DNA of 64,000 bases from a virus, in IMG/VR virus record IMGVR_UViG_3300008050_007409; one strand, given 5' to 3'. The position numbers and the translations under genes are program-made. The notes under the pieces are model-generated. The model searched no databases. It was not told the origin of the DNA and saw only the letters and a list, made by a program, of their open reading frames with translations. The first letter of the stretch is position 1; every line of letters starts with the position of its first letter. Shown here one piece after another: positions 28,283 to 35,782 of the stretch.

Positions 28283-29112
28283 CAGCTGATCGTCAGGGAG
28301 AGGCTGGAGGAGGTGAGGTACTCGCCCTCGTTGTCGGGATCATCCTTCTTTACCCGAACGGTAGCCGGTGAGTCCAGCTCCTCGGGCACGACGAAGATGA
28401 GCACCGTGCCGTCGTCGGAGACCGCCTCGGGCGTGACCTCCTCACCACCGATGGTGACGATGGGGTTGTCCCCGTTGAAGTACGAGCCCTTGATCGCCAC
28501 AGAGTCGCCTTCGGAGGCGGTGCTGGGGAGGAGCTCGGAGATGACCGGCGTGACGTTCTCCCAGGCCAGCACGACCACGCTGGTGGGGTTCTCCTCGGAG
28601 AAGTCGTAGCCGCTCTTGGAGAAGCGGGCGTAGTAGCTCCCGGTGGGCAGGTCGAAGGAGACCTCGCCCGACGAGTCCGTGAGCGCCTTGCCGACCAGGC
28701 CGGAGCCGGTGCTGGTGAGGAGCCGGACCAGGACGCCCTCGATGGGGTTCTCCGAAGCATCCTCCACCGTGATCTCCAGAGTGCCCTCAGCGCCGTAGAG
28801 GGTCTGCCCGATCAGGTCCTGGGACTCGTGAGCGACCTGCAGGTGGATCTCGTGGGTGTCGTTGTCCACCAGGCGGAGGTAGGTCAGGCCAACCTCCGAG
28901 GGGGTCACGACGAGCTCGTAGTACCCGGGGAGATCCGAGTCATCGACTTCGGCCAGGGTCAGCGAGAGGTCTGTCTCTGGGTCCGAGCTCAGGGCGCCAG
29001 CAACCGCGGCGGAGATGGTGAAGTCTCCGATCACCAAGCCGGTCGTGTCCGACGAATCGATGATGGGGATGCGGAGCTGCCGTCCCTTGACGGCCTGGTA
29101 GATGTTCGGCAT
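28282..29112 (-). CDS. virion protein with carboxypeptidase-regulatory-like and IPT/TIG domains
   Basis: NPIEGVLVRL..TDSSGEVSFDLPTGSYYARFSKSGY; PVISELLPSTASEGDSVAIKGSYF..VTIGG. Confidence 0.8.
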   Translation of the reverse strand: MPNIYQAVKGRQLRIPIIDSSDTTGLVIGDFTISAAVAGALSSDPETDLSLTLAEVDDSDLPGYYELVVTPSEVGLTYLRLVDNDTHEIHLQVAHESQDLIGQTLYGAEGTLEITVEDASENPIEGVLVRLLTSTGSGLVGKALTDSSGEVSFDLPTGSYYARFSKSGYDFSEENPTSVVVLAWENVTPVISELLPSTASEGDSVAIKGSYFNGDNPIVTIGGEEVTPEAVSDDGTVLIFVVPEELDSPATVRVKKDDPDNEGEYLTSSSLSLTIS

Positions 29113-29115
29113 GGA

Positions 29116-29268
29116 TCAACCGGCCTTGACGACGGCGAAGGCATCCTTCTTGTCGCCCACGAGGGTGAGGAGGTTGGCCGAGGGCTGCTTGGGCAGGACC
29201 CCTCCGCCGTCCTGGTAGCTGTCGAGGGCTGAACCTCCGCCTGCGCTGCTTCCGCTGATCTGATCCAT
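29116..29268 (-). CDS. small hypothetical protein (50 aa)
   Basis: TGATG coupling with upstream gene; MDQISGSSAGGG... Confidence 0.55.
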   Translation of the reverse strand: MDQISGSSAGGGSALDSYQDGGGVLPKQPSANLLTLVGDKKDAFAVVKAG

Positions 29269-29468
29269 CAGACATCCACTCCCAACGTGGCGAGGTAGTC
29301 GTTGGCCTCGTCTATGGCCTGCTGGGTGGTGTTCTCGCTGGCCTCCGTCGACGCGGTCTTGATGCGCTGGAGCTGCTCGACCCGTGAGTCGACCTCGGCG
29401 CACTTGGCGTCGAAGACCTCCTTGACCGCGTCCTTGACCGCCTGAGCCTGAGTCGCCACGTCGCTCAT
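29268..29468 (-). CDS. small helical hypothetical protein
   Basis: ATGA overlap with sigma factor gene. Confidence 0.7.
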   Translation of the reverse strand: MSDVATQAQAVKDAVKEVFDAKCAEVDSRVEQLQRIKTASTEASENTTQQAIDEANDYLATLGVDV

Positions 29469-30217
29469 GTCAGACCTCGCTTCTTCATCTTGTCGTCGAT
29501 GCTCTTGCGGAGCCGGCTCACCTTCGGGCCCGAGACGTTCATCCGCCTGGCGATATCCTTGGCCGGGAGCTTGGGCTTGCCGTTGACGCCCAGGGTGTAC
29601 TCGTAGACCACGCGCTCCTGCATGGTCAGATCATGGTAGATGTAGCGCAGGATGTCCCGCTCCTCGCTCTCGAACAACGAGGGAAGCTGATCAGGCTCCG
29701 GCGTCATGGAGGCGATCCGGTCCTGGCGGAGCTCGGTCTCCATGCGACCCACCTCGGCCACGCTCCAGGTGTACTTCGGGTTGTGGGCCTGCAGCGCCTC
29801 CGACAGGGTTACAGCGTCCGGAGGATGGCCGAGCTGTTCGGTCAGATCCGCCCTGACTTCCTTGAAGGGGGTGATCTGGAGGGCACGGCCTTCGGGGATC
29901 CGCCCGAAGTTCTGGTGCTCGATGGTGAAGGACCGGAGCTTGCGCAGCTGCCAGTTCACCCAGGTGCGCACTCCGGCGCCCTTCTCGTTGTCCGGGTCGT
30001 AGGTCTGGAGACCCTTGAGGGCCAGCATCCGACCCTTGGATCGAAGCGCCTGCTCCGGGACCACGAAGTTCTTGGTCTTCGAGAACTCGCTGACCTTCCA
30101 GTCGACGTCCGGCTCGAACTCCTTCAGGAGAGGCTCGAGGTTCGCCTCCGTCGGATCTGCTTGCCAGGTCTTCCAGAGTTCGAGCTGCCTCTCCGCATCT
30201 GGATTGCGGCGAGCCAT
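29465..30217 (-). CDS. sigma-70 family RNA polymerase sigma factor
   Basis: Region 2 LKGLQTYDP..GAGVRTWVNWQLR; region 3 EQLGHPPDAVTLSEAL; region 4 LTMQERVVY..KDIARRMNVSGPKVSRLRKSI. Confidence 0.9.
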   Translation of the reverse strand: MARRNPDAERQLELWKTWQADPTEANLEPLLKEFEPDVDWKVSEFSKTKNFVVPEQALRSKGRMLALKGLQTYDPDNEKGAGVRTWVNWQLRKLRSFTIEHQNFGRIPEGRALQITPFKEVRADLTEQLGHPPDAVTLSEALQAHNPKYTWSVAEVGRMETELRQDRIASMTPEPDQLPSLFESEERDILRYIYHDLTMQERVVYEYTLGVNGKPKLPAKDIARRMNVSGPKVSRLRKSIDDKMKKRGLT

Positions 30218-30220
30218 TGA

Positions 30221-30763
30221 TCAGTACCCCGGACCGCTGCTTCCGCCACCGTAGCCCTGCTTCTTGTTCTTCTGGATGTCGTAGACGCGCTTCCCACCGA
30301 CAGCGGCTCCCGTGAGGCCGAGGCCGGCGGCGGTGCCGATGGCTACACGGCGGAGGGTGGAGGATCCGCCCTTCTTGTTGGTGGTGTTGGGGAGATCCAC
30401 ATGGGTGGGCGACTTCCGAGCGGGCTTCCCTTCCAGGATCCGGAGGGCGGAGTCCTGGTTCCCCCGTCCGGTACGGATCGCCTTCTTGGCCGCATCCCTC
30501 TCCACCTGGATCTGGGCCGTGGCCTTGCTGCGGGCCGCCTTCGCTCTGAGCCTGGATGCGTCAGCCATTCGGTGATCATCCGTGAAGGGCATGAACTTCT
30601 TCCACCCTCCCCAGCCAGTCGCGTTCCCTACTCGTTGGTGTTGCTTGGCGGCTCTGTTCGCCTGGGAAACCAGGCGATGTGCCTGACGGCTGTAGGCGAT
30701 CTTCTCCATCTCGGTCCAGAAGGCCTGGGCGATGGCGCGTCCGCGGGTGTCGAAGCTGTTCAT
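30221..30763 (-). CDS. leader-bearing basic protein with C-terminal hydrophobic helix
   Basis: AFWTEMEKIA leader; VAIGTAAGLGLTGAAVGG. Confidence 0.75.
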   Translation of the reverse strand: MNSFDTRGRAIAQAFWTEMEKIAYSRQAHRLVSQANRAAKQHQRVGNATGWGGWKKFMPFTDDHRMADASRLRAKAARSKATAQIQVERDAAKKAIRTGRGNQDSALRILEGKPARKSPTHVDLPNTTNKKGGSSTLRRVAIGTAAGLGLTGAAVGGKRVYDIQKNKKQGYGGGSSGPGY

Positions 30764-30769
30764 GTTGAT

Positions 30770-31915
30770 CTACCTGTAGACGACGGTGGTTTTGTTGCCA
30801 GCTGCCAGACCAGCGCCGCCTGCCAGCATGGTGCCGGCACCGCCCATCGCCCCCATGACGTTGGTGCGCTGATGCCTATTGAGGCCTCCCCACCACATCC
30901 CCATACGGGACTGACCCTGCTGCATGGGACCTTGGATGGGGGCTCCTCCCAACCCGAAATGGCGCTGGGCCCACGGCTGCTCTGCGGCGACTGGCGGTGC
31001 TCCTGTCGGAGCAACAGGACGACCTGCGGTTGCAGCGGGGTTGACCGGCTGAGCCGGCGCTCCCCCAACCACCGGCTGAGTAGCCGTGGGGGTCGGAGTC
31101 GGCTGAGCTGCCGTGGTGGGGGCAGCCGCGGGCTTGGCTGCGGCCTGCCTGCGAGCGAGCTCGGCTTCGATCTTCTTCTTCCGATCTGCCTTCCGCTGAC
31201 TCTTGGTCATCTGAGGCTTCTTGGGAGTGGCAGCCTGCGTAGGGGCGGGAGCAGTAGGACGTGCGGCAGTAGGAGTGCCGACGACCTTGGGCTGACTCAG
31301 GGCAGCCGATGCCGGTCCACGTGATCGGTCGGCGAGCGCAACGGATGCCGGACCCTTCCGCGCTCCGGCCTGGGCTCCCCCGGGAACCTGGACCCGTGCT
31401 CCAGGTCCGGGACCGGACGGAGGCTTCGGCATCTCGATACGAGCGCGAGGGGTACTGGACAGCGGAGCGGGCTTGGCACCGGTGAGGTCGATGGTGGGCT
31501 TCCGAATCTTGCTGGGGCTCACCCCGCGGTAGGCCGACTGGAACTGAACAGAGGCGTTGTCAGCGACAGCCCGAGCTTTGTTCTGCACGGTTCGCTTGGC
31601 TCGGCCGGCCGCGGCCTGGGCACTGCGTCCGAGGTTCTGAGCACTGCGTCCGGCACCAACCACACCAGTTCCGAGGCCTTCGAGTCCAGCGGCAGCTCCA
31701 CGACCTACGGCCCGGCCTCCTCGCGCCAGGTGGCCGAGTCCTCTGGCTACAGTACCTACGAAGGCGATCTTCTCGATCTCATCGTTGAAGGAGGCCACGG
31801 CGAGGTACTCGTTGGCCCCTGCGCGTGCCAACGCCTCGTCAGCAGCCCGGCGGAAGGATGCTGCGGATCCTCGGTGGTCCTGCGCGATCTTGTTCAGGGC
31901 TGAGGCGTGGGTCAT
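30770..31915 (-). CDS. leader-bearing Ala/Pro/Gly-rich basic protein
   Basis: LNKIA and SFNDEIEKIA motifs; low-complexity linker; C-terminal GAMGGAGTMLAGGAGLAAG. Confidence 0.75.
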   Translation of the reverse strand: MTHASALNKIAQDHRGSAASFRRAADEALARAGANEYLAVASFNDEIEKIAFVGTVARGLGHLARGGRAVGRGAAAGLEGLGTGVVGAGRSAQNLGRSAQAAAGRAKRTVQNKARAVADNASVQFQSAYRGVSPSKIRKPTIDLTGAKPAPLSSTPRARIEMPKPPSGPGPGARVQVPGGAQAGARKGPASVALADRSRGPASAALSQPKVVGTPTAARPTAPAPTQAATPKKPQMTKSQRKADRKKKIEAELARRQAAAKPAAAPTTAAQPTPTPTATQPVVGGAPAQPVNPAATAGRPVAPTGAPPVAAEQPWAQRHFGLGGAPIQGPMQQGQSRMGMWWGGLNRHQRTNVMGAMGGAGTMLAGGAGLAAGNKTTVVYR

Positions 31916-33747
31916 GATCTCATCCTATCCGATGGGGGCGTACCCTTCTCGCGGGTAGGCCTCGATCGAAGGATCTTAGCCGCGAGGGCACCTGTAGCGA
32001 AAGGTGCAGCGTATGTCGACCCTGCCGCCAGGAGGCGAGCTGCGGCCCTCCCGAGCTGTCGGTTGCTCGCTCCCATCCGCTTCATGTACTGCAGGCCCTT
32101 GGCCGTTGCAGTCGCTTCTTCCGCCAGCAGGGGAGCTCCAAGCAGTAGGGAGACCCCTCCGATGCGCTCCGCGAACTTCGCCTTGGCTTCGATCTCCTCC
32201 TTGGTGTGGAAGGATCGATCCGAGGCGCTGTCCAGGACGATCAGGGGAATCACCACAGCAGGGATGCGTGCGATCTCCCCGGCCTTCCGGGCGGCGGGGG
32301 ACGCGATGGTCTTGCGGCGGAGCTCCCCGGCAGTCGCATGCCCAAGCTCGTGGGCCAGGTCGGAGGCCCTGGAGGCGGACACGACGCCCTTGACCTTCCC
32401 TCCCTTGATCTTCTTCGCCAGGGCTCTGGCCTTGGCCTGCGCCTCCGGACTGGCCTCGCTGTGGGTGGACAGCAGCTCAGCGGCCTCTCCAGACAGGTCT
32501 GAGGGGTCGAAGCCTCGGTAGTAGGCCGAGGGCTTCTTGCCGAAGTGGATGCTGTCTCCGGACGAGCCGGCGTTGATCCTCTCCAGGCCACGATCGGCAG
32601 ACATCTGATCCAAGGCATCCTGGAGGACCAGGTCCTTTTCCTTGGCCTTCATCGGACTGATGCCCAGCTCCCAGACCAGGGAAGGGGCTGCGATCACGGC
32701 TGCAGCTGCAGCCGTGTGGGCGATGGAGGTGCCCTTCATCATCGGAGGATGGGTCTGGTGCCGCACTTGCTCCCTGGGCACCGGCAGGCCTCGTGTCCTG
32801 AGCTCGTCGTTGACCGCGTAGGTCACGGCCCGTCGAGAGGGGGTCCTCTCCGGATCCGGCCGTTGCTTGAGGAAGCTCTGAAGCCCCTGGTCAGACACGC
32901 CCCGCGCCTGGGATCGGGTGCTCGCGTAGAGCTGCCCGGCAGAGGATGCGGCAGTCAGCTGAGGTTGAGGCTGGTACTCCGAGGACTTCTTGGTCATCAT
33001 CCGAGCTGCCTCGGAGATGGCGACCGCGCCGATCACTCCAGCAGCGGCACGTCCGGCAGCGGCGCCACCGATCCCCCTCAAAGCCTTCCCGGCGTTGGGC
33101 CCCTTCAACGACTTCAGGGTCTTCTTGGCCCCGTCCTCGACGACCTTCTCGATGGCTCCCTTGGGGGCTCCGATCCCTGCTCCGATCAAGGCCGGCACTG
33201 CTACCCGGTCCTTCCAAGAGAGCTTCTTGCCCTTCTTCTGTGCCTTGGCGATGGATCTGGCGGTGATGGCTGCGGACCCCAGGCCGATGATGCCTCGAGT
33301 CCCTCCGATCTTCTTGGCGAGGTCCTTGATCTGAGTGGAGGTGAGCCCCCGACCTCGGTTCTTGATCCCGGCTTCGAGCCCGCCCTTGATGCCGGAGTAG
33401 GCCCCTCCCGCGGCGAGGACCTTGGCTGTCCCTTCCCTCTGACGCCCTTCCTTGAGGTCCTTGATCCCCGAGTAGAACAGAGGCGTGGTGAGGACGGACG
33501 CACCGAGGCGTCCCGAGGCCCTGCCGAAGCCGGACTTCCATGCCTTGGCCTTGACCGCAGGCTTCAGGCCCTTGGAGACCGCGACCTCGACCTTCTTGTC
33601 GACCCACCCCTTCGGGAAGTCAGCCGCAGACGTAGCGACGGCCACGGGGGCCGCAGCAAGCATCTGCGCCCCGTAGTTCCGCTTCTTCGACTTCTCCTGA
33701 GCGATCTTGCAGAGCTCGTAGGAGAAGGCCAGTCGCTCCAGGTCCAT
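31912..33747 (-). CDS. leader-bearing membrane-type protein with C-terminal zinc metallopeptidase (YugP/Zn_peptidase_2-like)
   Basis: AFSYELCKIA leader; AHELGHA..EEATATAKGL..LLAAGSTYAA; several glycine-zipper helices. Confidence 0.75.
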   Translation of the reverse strand: MDLERLAFSYELCKIAQEKSKKRNYGAQMLAAAPVAVATSAADFPKGWVDKKVEVAVSKGLKPAVKAKAWKSGFGRASGRLGASVLTTPLFYSGIKDLKEGRQREGTAKVLAAGGAYSGIKGGLEAGIKNRGRGLTSTQIKDLAKKIGGTRGIIGLGSAAITARSIAKAQKKGKKLSWKDRVAVPALIGAGIGAPKGAIEKVVEDGAKKTLKSLKGPNAGKALRGIGGAAAGRAAAGVIGAVAISEAARMMTKKSSEYQPQPQLTAASSAGQLYASTRSQARGVSDQGLQSFLKQRPDPERTPSRRAVTYAVNDELRTRGLPVPREQVRHQTHPPMMKGTSIAHTAAAAAVIAAPSLVWELGISPMKAKEKDLVLQDALDQMSADRGLERINAGSSGDSIHFGKKPSAYYRGFDPSDLSGEAAELLSTHSEASPEAQAKARALAKKIKGGKVKGVVSASRASDLAHELGHATAGELRRKTIASPAARKAGEIARIPAVVIPLIVLDSASDRSFHTKEEIEAKAKFAERIGGVSLLLGAPLLAEEATATAKGLQYMKRMGASNRQLGRAAARLLAAGSTYAAPFATGALAAKILRSRPTREKGTPPSDRMRS

Positions 33748-33774
33748 GTCCCTACCTCCTGGGAGGAGGCGAGA

Positions 33775-34437
33775 TCAGGCCTCCGAAACGACGTTGTTCC
33801 GGTTCATCAGGGCGACGTTGTCCGCGCCGGCGGCGACGCTCTCCATGTGCGGGGAGGCCGAGTTCTCGTCGATGATGAACGAGCAGACGTGGGCCCAGGC
33901 GGTGACGCCATCGTGCACGGAGTCGGAGGCCTCCAGGGCCGCCTGGATCTCGGTGCTCGACAGGTGCGAGGTCTCGTCCTCGTAGTCCGTGCTGTCGCCG
34001 TTCACGATCAGGACGAGCAGGGCAGCGCCGTCGTCGTCTTCGTCCGCGTCACCGGCTCCATCGCTGTTGCACACGATGAGGGTGCAGTAGGCGGTCTCGT
34101 CCGTGCTGAGCGACAGGGCCGTCGCGGCCGTGCCGTCCTCGTAGATGGCTGCTCCCACGCTGCCGCTGGTGGCCAGGAGGTCGGTGTTGGTCAGAGCGGA
34201 GATCGTCTGCATCAGGCGCCCGCCCAGCATGCAGCGCAGGGCGGTCATGTCGGCGCTGAAGGTGCCCGCCGCGATCGAGGAGCCCTCGGTGACCACGCCG
34301 CCCTCGAGAACCTCGCTCCGCTCACGGAAGGCGTTCACGATCTTCTGGCGGATCAGCTTGAGCTCGTAGCCCCAGCCCTTGCGGGGGGTCCAGTTGAACA
34401 GCTTCTGGAGGGCGTTCTTGCCGGTGGCGAGGCTCAT
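33775..34437 (-). CDS. acidic hypothetical virion protein
   Basis: RBS AGGAG; very GC3-biased codons suggest high expression. Confidence 0.75.
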   Translation of the reverse strand: MSLATGKNALQKLFNWTPRKGWGYELKLIRQKIVNAFRERSEVLEGGVVTEGSSIAAGTFSADMTALRCMLGGRLMQTISALTNTDLLATSGSVGAAIYEDGTAATALSLSTDETAYCTLIVCNSDGAGDADEDDDGAALLVLIVNGDSTDYEDETSHLSSTEIQAALEASDSVHDGVTAWAHVCSFIIDENSASPHMESVAAGADNVALMNRNNVVSEA

Positions 34438-34516
34438 GCGGGTGCTCCTGCGGTAGGGTCTTGGCCTTCAGGGGTGATCCCTGTCCGGACCAGGTTGCCC
34501 GAGGAGCATAGCACTT

Positions 34517-35782
34517 TCACTTCTCCTTGCCCAGGAAGGCGTTGACCAGGCGGAGGCGCTTGGCGCTCCGGATCCGGTGGACCGGGTTGAGTCCCCGCTT
34601 CCGAGGCTTCCTGGGCTTCTCAGCTGCTGTTCTGACCATCCCTCGCTGCTGAGGTACCGGCTTCTTGGGCTTCATCCACTTGTTGACCTTGACTGCCCCG
34701 TAGGTGCCCGCGCCCAGGACACTCAACCCTCCTGCAGCTCGGAGGGCGTTCATGGGCTGGGCCTTGATGCCTTGGATGATCTGCTTGACGGCGCTCTCCT
34801 TGTCCATGTCGCTGGCCGCTGAGTTCTTGCCTCCGGTGCCCTCCTCCTCGTCCTCGTTCTCCTCCGGCGTCTTGATCCGGTTCTTCTTGGACTTGGGTGC
34901 CTTCTGAGTGATGATCTGCTTGGCCCCACACTTCCGGCAGTGGTTGTCGTCCTCCTGGCAGACGGCTCCGCACTCGAGGCAGTTCTTCCGGCCTTCTTCG
35001 CTGAGGAGATCCTCCGTCTGGATCGTCCCCTCATCGGAGTCGTCAGCGGGGAGACGGGAAGACGCGGCCTTGGACTTCCCCTTCTTCAGTCGAGACTGGA
35101 ACTCCTTCTCAGCATCCCGACCCTTCTGGTACTGGACGTGAGCACCTCCCGCACCGATGGCTCCACCCAGCCCCAACTGTGCGTACCCGCCCGCCAGCTC
35201 CTTCCTGGCACCAGGTAGAACCTGCTTGGCTTGATCTTGGGAGATCCTGTTGGAGCTTGACGTCCTGAGAGGACTGCCGGCCTTCAGGGCCTTCTCGGCT
35301 TGGTCACGTGCCGCGTCGACACTGGCGTTGTCAGACATGTAGCGGAGGTTCTTCTTCTGGGCCTTGGTCAGGCTGACCCCGCCAGTGGTCTTGGCTGCAC
35401 GGTTCAGAGTCTTGACAGCCTTCGTCCCTCGGTAGACAGACTCCAAGGGGTATTTCGCCCCACGAACGGCCCCCGATACAGCTCCGCGAGCCATGCCTCG
35501 GACGCCGCCACCGCTCGCCAACCCCTTCCCTGCTCCGATCAGCCCGTGAATGGCGGAAGGAACGACGACAGCCCCACCGACAACACCACCGGCAACACCT
35601 GCCATCTGCTTCTTCCGATGCGTCTTCCTGCTGAGCCCCTTCCGCTGAGCCTCCTGCCCGTAGCGGCTGGTGTAGGCCCCAAAGGGATCGATGCCGGCCG
35701 CGAAGTCCTTCGCGTACCCTGCCGTCTTGATGATCTCGTCCATCTCCTGCAGCATGGCGAGCTCGATCATCTCAGACATCAC
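34517..35782 (-). CDS. leader-bearing multi-segment protein with glycine zippers and zinc ribbon
   Basis: AMLQEMDEIIKTA leader; AGVAGGVVGG; CLECGAVCQEDDNHCRKCG; internal KAAS, KESA, RTAA. Confidence 0.75.
   Translation of the reverse strand: MMSEMIELAMLQEMDEIIKTAGYAKDFAAGIDPFGAYTSRYGQEAQRKGLSRKTHRKKQMAGVAGGVVGGAVVVPSAIHGLIGAGKGLASGGGVRGMARGAVSGAVRGAKYPLESVYRGTKAVKTLNRAAKTTGGVSLTKAQKKNLRYMSDNASVDAARDQAEKALKAGSPLRTSSSNRISQDQAKQVLPGARKELAGGYAQLGLGGAIGAGGAHVQYQKGRDAEKEFQSRLKKGKSKAASSRLPADDSDEGTIQTEDLLSEEGRKNCLECGAVCQEDDNHCRKCGAKQIITQKAPKSKKNRIKTPEENEDEEEGTGGKNSAASDMDKESAVKQIIQGIKAQPMNALRAAGGLSVLGAGTYGAVKVNKWMKPKKPVPQQRGMVRTAAEKPRKPRKRGLNPVHRIRSAKRLRLVNAFLGKEK

Noticed and set aside
29268-29468. 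RIKTAS (and KEAAA in 968-1105) as further leader-motif members
   Set aside because: They lack the upstream F-x-x-E pattern and the basic cargo; could be chance.
32545-34545. Long opposite-strand ORFs (also 5569-7200, 19266-20801, 54874-56958, 58506-60002)
   Set aside because: Shadow frames of GC3-biased real genes, with typical V/L/D/G/H-rich antisense composition and no motifs.
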